A stretch of 63,927 nt of DNA, the filler included, from Octopus bimaculoides (lineage: Eukaryota): NCBI RefSeq assembly GCF_001194135.2. It is 7 parts of 7 records of this genome, joined end to end, with 100 filler letters (N's around TTAATTAATTAA, not from the genome) between each part and the next. Parts side by side here need not be neighbours in the genome. Positions count along the whole stretch, not along the records: positions 27,306 to 35,274 come from NC_068982.1; positions 35,375 to 43,019 come from NC_068997.1; 5 more parts are not named here. One strand, written 5' to 3'. A program made the position numbers and the translations under genes. Under the pieces are notes generated by a model. That model searched no databases and had not been told where the DNA came from. It saw only the letters and a list, made by a program, of their open reading frames with translations. Shown here one piece after another: positions 27,924-40,728 of this stretch; position 1 is the first letter of the stretch; the number at the start of each line of letters is the position of its first letter.

Positions 27924-28164
27924 TTACTCTTTTACTCTTTTACTTCATTCAGTCATTTGACTGCGGCCAGGGTTTAATCTACGGTTAATATATTTGTTAA
28001 ATAAAATACCATAAGTAGAACAGGTAGTAGATGCGCTGAAAATTCTTAGAAGACACAATTATGCAACAGGAACCAAGAACATTTAATGTATTCTTATGGG
28101 AACTTAAACATAGCAAACGTCGGTTATCAAGCGATGCTGGAGGAAGGGAGCAACAGACACACAA

Positions 28165-28201
<37 letters not shown>

Positions 28202-28385
28202 CTCACACGCACACATATACACACACACACATATACGACGGGCTTCTTTCAATTTCCGTCTACCAAATCCTCTCACAAAAGCTTTGGTCAGCACGAGGCA
28301 TAGTAGACGACACTTGACCAAGATGCCACGCAGTGAGGCTGAAACCGGAACCATGTGGTTGGGAAGCAAGCTTCTTACCACACAG
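27924..28385 (-). mobile_element. SINE family A copy (middle replaced or deleted)
   Basis: Tail TTACTCTTTTACTCTTTTAC at 27924; body and head at 28090-28385. Confidence 0.85.
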
Positions 28386-28690
28386 TGATTAAAACTATGT
28401 TATAGTATTCTACATGCAATTTTATAATCTATATAATTGTCATTAGGGATTAGGTTAAAAATATTAAAGTGTATTCAATTATGTCCACAGCAGTATAATG
28501 TGATGTCGGTTATCTTCAAATATCTGACGTTTAGTTTTGTTAAGGTAGTTTCATTGGCATCTATGATCGAAGGTATACATTCCAACTAAGGAATAAATTT
28601 CTTCTTAGGATTGAATATTTAATAAAGTTAAATAGGTATAGTTCAAAAACTATTAATGCAAGTTTCAAATAAGGAAACTTATAAATCTAG

Positions 28691-28872
28691 CAGCAGTGGC
28701 TCTGAGGTAAGCAGCTTGCTTATCAACCACATGGTTCCGGGTTCAGTCCCACTGCGTGGTACCTTGCGCAAGTGTCTTCTACCAAAGCCTTGTGAATGAG
28801 TTTGGTAGACGGAAACTGAAGGAAGCTCGTCGTATATATGTGTGTGTGTGTGCGAGTGTGTGTGTATTTGTG

Positions 28873-28907
<35 letters not shown>

Positions 28908-29100
28908 CTGTGCTTGTCCCCCACCATCGCTTGACAACCGATGCTGGTGTGTTTCCGCCCCGTAATCTAGCGGTTCGGTAAAAGATAAACGATAGAATAA
29001 GTACTAGGCTTGCAAAGAATAAGTCCTGGGGTCGATTTGCTCGACTAAAGGCGGTGCTCCAGCATGGCCGCAGTGAGATAACTGAAACAAGTAAAAGAAT
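28691..29100 (+). mobile_element. SINE family A, near full-length reference copy (tRNA-derived head, internal TG/TA microsatellite, TAAAAG tail)
   Basis: A-box-like GGC..TG.GGTAA and B-box-like GGTTCAGTCCC. Body CCTTG.GCAAGTGTCTTCTAC...GGTAGACGGAAACTGAA; 3' part GGTCGATTTGCTCGACTAAAGGCGGTGCTCCAGCATGGCCGCAG. At least 14 homologues in the window. Confidence 0.9.
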
Positions 29101-29640
29101 ACTGAAATAATAAAAGAATACAGTATAAGCATACTTGATGAAGGAATGGGACTTACAATTTGAACATTCTTTCATGTAACAATTAAGATTATATTTATCC
29201 TGAAAGCTANNNNNNNNNNNNNNNNNNNNNNNNNNNNNNNNNNNNNNNNNNNNNNNNNNNNNNNNNNNNNNNNNNNNNNNNNNNNNNNNNNNNNNNNNNN
29301 NNNNNNNNNNNNNNNNNNNNNNNNNNNNNNNNNNNNNNNNNNNNNNNNNNNNNNNNNNNNNNNNNNNNNNNNNNNNNNNNNNNNNNNNNNNNNNNNNNNN
29401 NNNNNNNNNNNNNNNNNNNNNNNNNNNNNNNNNNNNNNNNNNNNNNNNNNNNNNNNNNNNNNNNNNNNNNNNNNNNNNNNNNNNNNNNNNNNNNNNNNNN
29501 NNNNNNNNNNNNNNNNNNNNNNNNNNNNNNNNNNNNNNNNNNNNNNNNNNNNNNNNNNNNNNNNNNNNNNNNNNNNNNNNNNNNNNNNNNNNNNNNNNNN
29601 NNNNNNNNNNNNNNNNNNNATATATATATATATACATATA

Positions 29641-29764
29641 TACGACGGGCTTCTTTCAGTTTCCGTCTACCAAATCCACTCACGAGGCTATAGTAGAAGA
29701 CACTTGCCCAAAGTGCCACGCAGTGGGACTGAACACGGAACAATGTGGTTGGTAAGCAAGCTAC
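29641..29764 (-). mobile_element. SINE family A 5' half; its head is interrupted by the ORF1-only element (remainder at 31920-31932)
   Basis: ACGACGGGCTTCTTTCAGTTTCCGTCTACC...CAATGTGGTTGGTAAGCAAGCTAC, continuing as AGCTACTTACCAC at 31920. Confidence 0.9.
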
Positions 29765-29979
29765 ATTATTTCATTGAATTAGCCACAAGGGTTGTACATA
29801 GAGTGGAAGCTGCGGGCTGGACAAAGACATAAATGTGATGAGGATGATAACAAAAGGTGAATAAAAATGAGAGAGGCACCGAAGCCCGCCGATCGATAAC
29901 ACCTCGAAAACATTGTTCAATACAAGTCAAAAATTCAATGGCAGTTCAATAAAGTTCAATAAAAATTCTTTCTAAAGAT

Positions 29980-31341
29980 CTAATCTTCCTCATCCGGGCC
30001 TCCAAGCAAGTGTCTCGTCACCATCAGGAGATCTCGCAGTGGCAAGCCCGGAAGAGCGTAAATAAAATCCTCTTTTTGACAGGTCTTTTCGACCTCCATG
30101 ACTTCACTATGATTTAAGACCTCCGCAGCCACCTGCGGAAGCCAACGTGGATGGTCTATTAATACCGAGTCGTAACGCTCACGGTCAAATAGATCATCCA
30201 GACACTTTTCAACGGGCCCTCCCTTGAGGTAACAGAAGATATACTCCGTTTCCTCATCACCGGGAGGGGCCGCAACCTGCTCTGTCAGTGTCACAAATCC
30301 CACTGACGGAGCCTCCCGATCCGGTGGCACACTTCCCAACGGAGGGGCAACGGGTTCGGTCGGTGGCACGTCCGCCGACCGTCTCCCGTTTCTCCTTTTC
30401 TTTTTTTCCTTTTACCTGTTGCGGGGGTCGGGGCATCTTTCGGAACACCCGAGGTGTCCTCCTTCTTTCCCGCAACCTCTATTTCTCCTGGTGAGCAACC
30501 ACTGTTGTTCACCTTCCTCTTTCTATGCGTGGAGGCCCCCGCCTCTACGACTTCCTTCGTTTCCCCCTCCAATGGTGAGGCGGAGGACACATTCTCTTTT
30601 TCCCTCTGCTCAGAGGCCTTAACTCGGCCCTTGGGACAGTTCTTTTTTAACTGGCCGGATTCAAGGCACTTGTGACATTTAGGAGGGCGTCCTTCAAAAA
30701 TCACTGGATACCTTGCCTGAGCCGTCCTTAAAATGTCTGGAAACACCAGATTCGCCATCGACTGGGACGAAAGGNNNNNNNNNNNNNNNNNNNNNNNNNN
30801 NNNNNNNNNNNNNNNNNNNNNNNNNNNNNNNNNNNNNNNNNNNNNNNNNNNNNNNNNNNNNNNNNNNNNNNNNNNNNNNNNNNNNNNNNNNNNNNNNNNN
30901 NNNNNNNNNNNNNNNNNNNNNNNNNNNNNNNNNNNNNNNNNNNNNNNNNNNNNNNNNNNNNNNNNNNNNNNNNNNNNNNNNNNNNNNNNNNNNNNNNNNN
31001 NNNNNNNNNNNNNNNNNNNNNNNNNNNNNNNNNNNNNNNNNNNNNNNNNNNNNNNNNNNNNNNNNNNNNNNNNNNNNNNNNNNNNNNNNNNNNNNNNNNN
31101 NNNNNNNNNNNNNNNNNNNNNNCAACCACACGGTTGCATATTCGACTCCCCTTGAAATATATTTAAAGTCGGCATTCACATTCATATGTTCCTTTCCAAT
31201 AACAGTTTGAGGAAAGACAGTGACGCTATCCAACACCTTTGAGTAGGTTCGGAGCGTCACTGTTATTTCCTCCATTTCATCCAACCACTGCTTGGGCGGG
31301 CACAGTTCCCACTCCAAGACAGTGTTGCCCTTTTTTGCCAT
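29980..31341 (-). pseudogene. Gag-like ORF1 protein with zinc knuckle; interrupted by an N gap and one frameshift near 30380
   Basis: Starts MAKKGNTVLEWELC (ATG 31341). After the gap it reads YPVIFEGRPPKCHKCLESGQLKKNC (CX2CX4[H>Q]X4C preceded by V.FEG.P, typical of Tx1/L1 ORF1). A K/E/P-rich linker follows, then the frame shifts to PPTEPVAPP...RHLLGGPDED* (stop 29980). Confidence 0.8.
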
Positions 31342-31507
31342 GCTCAAAAAAAAAAAGTTCAGAAAATAGTTCACAAACAAGTTAAAAAAAAAGTTCACAA
31401 AAAACTAACTAAATACAAAAGAACAAAAAGACAGAGCAGAGAAAAAGAAAGGAGGAAGACAGTTTAAGTCACAGCAACACAATTCCGGCCACCAGCAATA
31501 CCCACAT

Positions 31508-31588
31508 GTATTCCAATAAAGGTATTCCAATAAAGGTACTCCAAAATAAAAGTATTCCAGTAAAGGTATTCCAATAAAGGTAATCCAG
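31508..31588. repeat. 14-bp minisatellite (GTATTCCAATAAAG, ~5.5 copies) in the 5' UTR of the ORF1-only element
   Basis: Units start at 31508, 31522, 31536, 31552 and 31566. Confidence 0.9.
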
Positions 31589-32090
31589 GGCCACAGCAGC
31601 AGAATTTTCACAAGTTTTTTGGGAGGCGAGATACGTCCACAAAAACAACAATTCTCGCAAGGTGAGACACAAAAAGTTTTCACGGAACACAATTTGCTCA
31701 CTAAATGAGCAACAACTTAAAGCCGCCGAAAGCAAACGGAACTGCCCAGAGCTATACGAAATTTACTGAAAAAAAATTGGAACACAATAAAATACACACA
31801 GCTCAAAAAACAATTCCACCTACCTCGGTCGACTTCACACATTTTCAATTTTGGACAGCGTTAAACACAGTATCCACTTTGGTTCAACTGGAAGCAGCTA
31901 ATGCTCAAGTCCGGAAGCTAGCTACTTACCACCTACAANNNNNNNNNNNNNNNNNNNNNNNNNNNNNNNNNNNNNNNNNNNNNNNNNNNNNNNNNNNNNN
32001 NNNNNNNNNNNNNNNNNNNNNNNNNNNNNNNNNNNNNNNNNNNNNNNNNNNNNNNNNNNNNNNNNNNNNNNNNNNNNNTATATATATACA

Positions 32091-32175
32091 TGCAAAAACA
32101 GTTGCAGCGTGGAAGGTGTTCATAAACCATTTAAATCACACAAAAACCGTTAGATTCACTTCATTAAATTTAAAT
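32091..32175 (+). repeat. Dispersed repeat segment shared with 58843-58920
   Basis: AACAGTTGCAGCGTGGAAGGTGTTCATAAACCATTTAA...GTTAGATTCACTTCA versus AACAATTGTAGCGTGGAAGATGTTTGTAAACCATTCAA...GTTAGTTTCACTTCA. Confidence 0.75.
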
Positions 32176-33085
32176 GTTGAACTGAATCTAACGGTTTTTG
32201 TGTGTTCTAAATGGCTTACAAATACCTTCCAGGCTGCAGGCATACGACCTCCCTTTAAATTGAAGATAGAAAAACCTTACGGTCAGTGAATTGCGTAATC
32301 AAAATATATACATTGTCCGATAACGGGGTTCTTGCTCTTAGATCTGTTACAGATTGATCGCACATGCATTTCAAGCAAGTGTTAGTGCCATCAATCTTTA
32401 ACAAAAATTCTGTGTAGCAATGATGTATGCCGAAATCTATTTCTATACTTACTTTAGAAAGTATGCTTTTTATCCTTTCATATGTAGATTATAATTTATA
32501 ATTTAATTTGAATGACATTCAATATTTGTTTCAATGTTAATCCTTTTACTGACCTCACTTTAATCGTACGCAATGTTTAAGAAGCCATTTGCTGTCAAGC
32601 AAAATATATTCATCGTTTAAAAACGCCATTATGTCGTACGATAAAACAATATAAGAGTCGCAACAGCAGTTTGTTCTAAATGTTTGGATAAGATCTATAG
32701 AGAATGATAATTCATCCTCTCCTCTCTTACTAAGGACATTAAGGATGATTAGAACATTACGCTTCATTGTGCTCTGCAGTGGGGTATATTTTGAAATAAA
32801 TCTAACGGACAAAATTATTTTCTAGAAGAAAAAGAAAACTTCGTAAAATAGGCAAGTGTTTCTACTCCACAGTGCAACATTCCACCGAATTACAATCATG
32901 GCGCACACACACCGCCCCTAACACCACTAAACATACACACGCACTTGCACACTCACATGCATGCACACACACATGCATGCACACACACACACACACACAT
33001 ACCACATACACCCACACACTCATATATACGAGTTCGGTTCACTAGAGGTTGCTACGTAATGGCAGTGAAGAAGATAGATAGAAAG

Positions 33086-33140
<55 letters not shown>

Positions 33141-35222
33141 GAAAGTGAACGAGAATCGCTTTTAAGTTCTTTATTTTCTTTTTTATTGTTTTGATTGAGA
33201 ATTGAAGAGAGAGAGACTACATATTTTTCATATGACTCTACATGAATAATGAAATACATACACACATACGTACATATATAAATACACACACATGGACACA
33301 CGCACACACACACACATACACACATACNNNNNNNNNNNNNNNNNNNNNNNNNNNNNNNNNNNNNNNNNNNNNNNNNNNNNNNNNNNNNNNNNNNNNNNNN
33401 NTGTATGTATGTATCATTACCAAAGGACTAGGTGTTGCTCGGTGTTCATACATCATCCCTGAACATGTCATTTTCAGGACACCACTATTTCAATTTTAAA
33501 TCATTTTATGATGAAACCTATTAGTTTTCCTTTAGAGATATTTTATATCATTAGTAGATATACAACTCTAGATCTGAAATTCCGTACTATATAATTTTTC
33601 GGTATAATGTCGTACTTTCGTGTTATTATACTATATTTTATCATAAAGCGCAAAAGAATTTATATCATCAGTTATTTCAAGATAACTTACTATTCACTTG
33701 AGAATTTCCAGTGAAAATATAATCTAATATAACTCGACTAACAATTGTTATTGTAATGCTTTAATATATACAATAAGCTACTCATCAATATAGTAGTGAT
33801 CAAATACACCTTGGAATATAGTCAGGCGTTAATCATAGATACAGTGTCGATGTGATAGCATAACCTTGACTAATCTAGACTAATATAAACACATCAAAAA
33901 TGCGCTTCTGTTTTCAACTTCTTTCAAAAAATGATACTAGCATTGACCTGAAATAATGACGTGCTTTCGTCTTTTATACTATGTTAGATAGAATATATAT
34001 TGTGATCTGTCTGTATATAGTGTTTTGGTTTAAATTTTATCGATATTCTTTGTAGCACAGTAAATGATTAAATGCATATGAATGTGTTACACGAGCAATA
34101 TAATAAACTAGCTATCTGCCATAATTGGCTTATGTATATAAATATTTATCCAACTTAACTTAGTTCTAATTGAAAATACTTTTTTAGAGCACTGTTGTTA
34201 TATTACTGTCCGTGTAAGTCTTTTCTATAGCAAAGTGAGTAAGTATTTACAAACAACTTTGGTAAGAAATAGGCTGACAGTTCGGCGATTCTGTTTGGCA
34301 AGTTCCTAAATGCATAAATATCGCTAGCATTTTCATTTGCATTCCTTGATCAACGGTTCATTCTCATATGCAGTTCTCATCGTTCTTCCTAGATATTAAA
34401 ATGCTTAGGATATTAGGTGAGATGACATTTTAGTTGTAAGGTTAACACGTCTGAGGAAATAGGATTTCGTAGGTAAATGAATGACTGATATAGCTATATC
34501 TGCACTCGCCTCATTTTCTTAAAGCTGGCGCAATTCCTTTATCATGTTAAAAAACAAAGGTTTACAAAGGATACATACCATATCTTCAGGTTAATTGAAC
34601 CTACAAGATTAATATGGGAAAATATTTGCGGATTATACAAAGAGAATATATGCTGCAGCCTTCATCCTACATGTGGTGTGGATCGTCACATTCTTCCCAA
34701 AATAAAGTGCGTTCAAGTGAGACTTTCATATCTCATTTTGTAAGGACTAGCCAGAACACTGTTTTACCCACTGTTTGTGCCTTATGATAACGTGTTCATA
34801 GACTCTTATGGGGAAGAATTCATGTAATTCATACGAAAGCTGTAGATGGGAATTGGCAGAAAATTGGTAGATACGGTTTAAATTAATATTGGGTCAAGGA
34901 CCGCAGTCAATATATGCCAAAAGAAAATCAATTTGTCTTGGGTTTGCTGCTAGAAATAAAATTTACTGAAGAAAAAATATTATGTATGTTAGTGTCCCTT
35001 TCAAGTTGCTGTTAACCAGCTGTATTTGCGCAGTTGGGAAAGGTGACAGGTTTACAGTTAAGCTTGCTGAAATATTTGACGCAACACGAAGACCGATTTA
35101 TCACAAAAACACTCTCATATCAGATACATACGAATGCATACTAAAAACTGCTGTACAAATACACATAAACAATATACATGGTTGCATAGGTATGCTTATG
35201 TAAGTGTGGGTGTTTCTTTGTG

Positions 35223-35274
<52 letters not shown>

Positions 35275-35444
35275 NNNNNNNNNNNNNNNNNNNNNNNNNN
35301 NNNNNNNNNNNNNNNNNNTTAATTAATTAANNNNNNNNNNNNNNNNNNNNNNNNNNNNNNNNNNNNNNNNNNNNCATACTAATATATACTTTTGTTATTT
35401 ACACCACCTGTCCTTGTCTGTTGTTATTTTTTGTATATTCTCCC

Positions 35445-35476
<32 letters not shown>

Positions 35477-37295
35477 TCATACATACATATATACGCTCAC
35501 ATATATATGTGTATGTGTATGTGCGTGTTTGTGAGCGGGTGAGGATGGTATACAATTGTCGTACAGGTGACTGACTATGCGAGGTATGAAGTCAGCCATA
35601 TGAATCACAACCATAGACGCTATCCATCCATATCCGGTTGACGTCACACATCACAAACAATTCACCTAACAATTTCTTTCCGTCTCTATTCTCATCCATT
35701 CACACCCACTGATGATCGCATAGATCTATTCAGATATCTTTGTGAAAACCCTGGTCTGGATCATTATTAAATACTTTCATACACGGCTACGCAGATACGC
35801 ACACACCTAGATGCGAATATATGATTTGACTATCTGCATACGTATGTATGAATGGACGGAGAGATAGATGTGTGGATGTATGGATGGATGGACGGATCTG
35901 TATACGATTGTTTGTACATATGTATGTATTTATGAATGCATGTATGTATGCAAGTATGTATGAACGTATGATTGTACGTATGTACGTATGTACGTATGTA
36001 CGTATATATANNNNNNNNNNNNNNNNNNNNNNNNNNNNNNNNNNNNNNNNNNNNNNNNNNNNNNNNNNNNNNNNNNNNNNNNNNNNNNNNNNNNNNNNNN
36101 NNNNNNNNNNNNNNNNNNNNNNNNNNNNNNNNNNNNNNNNNNNNNNNNNNNNNNNNNNNNNNNNNNNNNNNNNNNNNNNNNNNNNNNNNNNNNNNNNNNN
36201 NNNNNNNNNNNNNNNNNNNNNNNNNNNNNNNNNNNNNNNNNNNNNNNNNNNNNNNNNNNNNNNNNNNNNNNNNNNNNNNNNNNNNNNNNNNNNNNNNNNN
36301 NNNNNNNNNNNNNNNNNNNNNNNNNNNNNNNNNNNNNNNNNNNNNNNNNNNNNNNNNNNNNNNNNNNNNNNNNNNNNNNNNNNNNNNNNNNNNNNNNNNN
36401 NNNNNNNNNNNNNNNNNNNNNNNNNNNNNNNNNNNNNNNNNNNNNNNNNNNNNNNNNNNNNNNNNNNNNNNNNNNNNNNNNNNNNNNNNNNNNNNNNNNN
36501 NNNNNNNNNNNNNNNNNNNNNNNNNNNNNNNNNNNNNNNNNNNNNNNNNNNNNNNNNNNNNNNNNNNNNNNNNNNNNNNNNNNNNNNNNNNNNNNNNNNN
36601 NNNNNNNNNNNNNNNNNNNNNNNNNNNNNNNNNNNNNNNNNNNNNNNNNNNNNNNNNNNNNNNNNNNNNNNNNNNNNNNNNNNNNNNNNNNNNNNNNNNN
36701 NNNNNNNNNNNNNNNNNNNNNNNNNNNNNNNNNNNNNNNNNNNNNNNNNNNNNNNNNNNNNNNNNNNNNNNNNNNNNNNNNNNNNNNNNNNNNNNNNNNN
36801 NNNNNNNNNNNNNNNNNNNNNNNNNNNNNNNNNNNNNNNNNNNNNNNNNNNNNNNNNNNNNNNNNNNNNNNNNNNNNNNNNNNNNNNNNNNNNNNNNNNN
36901 NNNNNNNNNNNNNNNNNNNNNNNNNNNNNNNNNNNNNNNNNNNNNNNNNNNNNNNNNNNNNNNNNNNNNNNNNNNNNCTCACAAAGTGAAATTGAACCCG
37001 GAACAGTGTGGTTGGGAGGCAAACTTCTTACCACACACCTGCACTTATTATGAAGGACAAGTAGAGGTACAATAAATGCTGAGACTTTCGGATGTAGTGC
37101 AGCTGCTACTCGAAACCGTTACGATTATGGCTGAGTGTAACAAATACTCTGAGGAATACACGGCCACTTGTACTGTAATATATAATGAGTAAAGAAGATT
37201 AAAATTGATAGAACATGTGGTATACACATCATGATAATTTCATTTATTATACGTACGTATGTATATATGTATATATATGTATACGTGTGTGTGTG

Positions 37296-37335
<40 letters not shown>

Positions 37336-37377
37336 CGTGTGCATGCGCACGCGTATATGTATATATATTCTTTTTTT

Positions 37378-37718
37378 ATTTTACTTTTTTCAGTCGTTTG
37401 ACTGCGGCAATGCTGGAGCACCGCCTTTAAAGGGTGTTAATCGAACAAATCGCCCCCAGGACTTATACTCCGTAAGCCTAGTACTTATTTTATCGGTCAC
37501 TTTTACCGTACCGCTAAGTTACACCAATATCGACTGTCAAGCGGTGGCGGGGGGACAGACACACACATATAAATATATGCATATATATATATACATATAC
37601 GACGGGCTTCTCCCAGTTTCTGTCTACCAAACCCATTCACAAAGATTTGGTTGGCCCGAGGCTATAGTAATAGACAGTTATCCGCAGTGCCATGCAGTGG
37701 GACTGAACCCAGAACCAT
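37378..37718 (-). mobile_element. SINE family A copy (a head fragment also at 36978-37045)
   Basis: Direct similarity to 28691-29100. Confidence 0.88.
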
Positions 37719-37898
37719 CGATCACCTATGTATTTGGACGTGTGTGTGTGTGTGTTGGCACAACTGCCCATTTGCGAAAGGCTTAGAAGAGTTTTACTAA
37801 TATGTGTGTGTTTCTATATGAATTGGTGTGTGTATGTGTGTGCGCGCGTGAGGAGGAGGGTACGTGGAAGAGCGTGCGTGCGTTGCATTACATGTGTG

Positions 37899-37943
<45 letters not shown>

Positions 37944-38002
37944 CTACGTGTGTTCTTGCGCGTTATGGTCACACTACATGTAAGTGGCGGCAAAAGTAAT
38001 TG

Positions 38003-39042
38003 AGTAGTAGTAGTAGTAGTAGTAGTAGNNNNNNNNNNNNNNNNNNNNNNNNNNNNNNNNNNNNNNNNNNNNNNNNNNNNNNNNNNNNNNNNNNNNNNNN
38101 NNNNNNNNNNNNNNNNNNNNNNNNNNNNNNNNNNNNNNNNNNNNNNNNNNNNNNNNNNNNNNNNNNNNNNNNNNNNNNNNNNNNNNNNNNNNNNNNNNNN
38201 NNNNNNNNNNNNNNNNNNNNNNNNNNNNNNNNNNNNNNNNNNNNNNNNNNNNNNNNNNNNNNNNNNNNNNNNNNNNNNNNNNNNNNNNNNNNNNNNNNNN
38301 NNNNNNNNNNNNNNNNNNNNNNNNNNNNNNNNNNNNNNNNNNNNNNNNNNNNNNNNNNNNNNNNNNNNNNNNNNNNNNNNNNNNNNNNNNNNNNNNNNNN
38401 NNNNNNNNNNNNNNNNNNNNNNNNNNNNNNNNNNNNNNNNNNNNNNNNNNNGTGGTGGTGGTGGTGGTGGTGGTGGTGGTGGTGGTGGTAGTGATTGTTG
38501 TAATGATGGTGGCGTTGGTGATGGATGTGATGGAAATGGTGGTGGTGATGGTGGTGGTGGTAACGATGATGATGGTGATGGTGGTGGTGGAAGTGGTGTT
38601 GGTGGTGACGGCGGTGGTTGTGATGGAAGTAGTCGTAGTGGTGGTGGTGGTGGTGGTGGTGGTAGTGGTAAATTTTCATGGTGTTAGGACGATAGTGTAG
38701 GTAGGAGTTTTGATAGGGGTGATGGTGGTGGTTGCATTCATATAGTTATGACAGTTGCGGTGGTAGTGCCTGTAGTATTGGTGGTGGTGGTGGTGGTGGT
38801 GGAGGCAGCCGCAATAGAAGGCAGTACAAACAGTTAGTTATGTTGAGGTGTACAAAAATCAGTAACAGTTGTGGTAGTGGTAGCGGTGGTAGTGAAAGTG
38901 GTGGTGTTAGGAGTATTGGTAGTAGTACTGGTAGTGGTATGGTAGCAAGCAGAAGTTCTTCACGTGATTGTTAAACATGGAAATGGCGGTGACGCTGGGT
39001 GTGGTAGCAGTAGAAAGTAGTAGTAGTCGAACTGTAGTGACG

Positions 39043-39083
<41 letters not shown>

Positions 39084-39720
39084 TGTAGTAGTAGTAGTAG
39101 TAGTAGTAGTAGCAGCAGCAGCAGTAGTAGCAGCAGTAGTTATGGTGGTAGTGGTAATGGTGGTGGTGGTGGTGGTGGTGTATATATGTATATATGTATA
39201 GTAGTGGTGGTAGGAGTTGTATATATGTATAGTGGTGGTGGTGGCTGTGAAGCGAAGTGCTAGTAGTAGTGGTGGTGGTGGTGGTGGTGGTGGCGGCGGC
39301 GGTGGTGGTTATGTTAGCAATAGTAGAAGTTTTAGCAGCGACAGCAGTATTGGTTGTAGTATAGTAGTGATGGTCACTGTGGTGTTGTAGTAGCTGCAGT
39401 AGCAGCAGTTGTTGCCTTAAAAAGTTGTGGTGTGAATATTCGTATATTAATAGTACTAATAATAGTTACCACAACAGTAGTAGCGGTAGTAGTAGCATAG
39501 TGGTAACAGCGATAGAGAAGAAGATAGTAATGGGGAATGCAGTTGCGGCGGTTGTAGTGGCGGTGGTTGTGGTGGTGGCTGTGGTGGCGGTTGTGGTTTT
39601 GGTAGTCAGGCCTGTCACAAAAACTATTAGCCGTGTAGTATGGATAACACTAACGCTTGTAAAAGCACTCCTACTGCTACTACTACCACCACCGCCACCA
39701 CCACTAATACTACTACTACT
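38003..39720. repeat. Long compound (GTA/GTG/GCA)n low-complexity field
   Basis: Directly visible; the source of the poly-V/H/S ORF artefacts. Confidence 0.9.
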
Positions 39721-40070
39721 ACTATCACAAGTAGTACTGGCGAAGATCATAGTAGTTGGATGTTAGATCCAGTGGATTCATTTGTATTGATTAATGCCAC
39801 TTCGTTGTGTGCACTGGACACATTATTGATCCAAACTTATATACATTTTATACACACCAATGAGACAGGGATAACGATAGAGAGAGAGGGGGGAGAGAGA
39901 GAGAGAGAGAGAGAAAGTGTGTGTACGCGTGTGAAAGAGTGGGGGTGGCAGAGAGAAAGGGAGGAAGAAAGATATAGGGAGGGAGAGATAGAGTGTGAGG
40001 TGTCTGCCTGTTGTGTGTTTGTGAGTGCGACTATATATATATAGCTAAATATTAACTATTATACATACAT

Positions 40071-40149
<79 letters not shown>

Positions 40150-40424
40150 NNNNNNNNNNNNNNNNNNNNNNNNNNNNNNNNNNNNNNNNNNNNNNNNNNN
40201 NNNNNNNNNNNNNNNNNNNNNNNNNNNNNNNNNNNNNNNNNNNNNNNNNNNNNNNNNNNNNNNNNNNNNNNNNNNNNNNNNNNNNNNNNNNNNNNNNNNN
40301 NNNNNNNNNNNNNNNNNNNNNNNNNNNNNNNNNNNNNNNNNNNNNNNNNNNNNNNNNNNNNNNNNNNNNNNNNNNNNNNNNNNNNNNNNNNNNNNNNNNA
40401 TATATATATATATATAAATATGTA

Positions 40425-40634
40425 TGTGTGTGTGTGTATATGTTTGTTTCCCCCAACATCGCTTGACAACCGATAGTGGTGTGTTTACGTCCCTGTAACT
40501 TAACGGTTCGGCAAAATAGAACGATAGAATAAGTACTAGGCTTTAAAAAAATTAGGCCTGGGGTCGATTTTGACGACTAAAGAACCTCTCAAGGCGGTGC
40601 TCCAGCATGGCCGTAGTCAGATAACTGAAACATA
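40425..40634 (+). mobile_element. SINE family A 3' half
   Basis: CCCCCAACATCGCTTGACAACCGAT...GGCGGTGCTCCAGCATGGCC. Confidence 0.88.
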
Positions 40635-40651
40635 TACAGATAGATCGATAA

Positions 40652-40728
<77 letters not shown>

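Larger units (their letters stand above)
29765..31919 (-). mobile_element. ORF1-only non-LTR retroelement (Tx1/L1-like, HAL1-type), ~2.15 kb, nested in a SINE head
   Basis: Bounded by AGCTAC at 29759-29764 and 31920-31925. Removing it restores the family A head GGTAAGCAAGCTACTTACCAC. It has a ~580 bp 5' UTR, one gag-like ORF and a ~215 bp 3' tail ending in ...TTGTGGCTAATTCAATGAAATAAT. No RT or endonuclease is visible; the only internal gap (~350 N) is too small to hold one. Confidence 0.8.

Noticed and set aside
28691-28760. tRNA genes at SINE heads (also 16690-16748, 41902-41970, 6156-6240)
   Set aside because: A/B-box-like motifs are present, but there is no full cloverleaf or acceptor stem, and each continues into a shared SINE body.
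32555-32812. 85-aa non-repetitive minus ORF
   Set aside because: No recognisable domain; ORFs of this size are expected occasionally. Would need RNA-seq.
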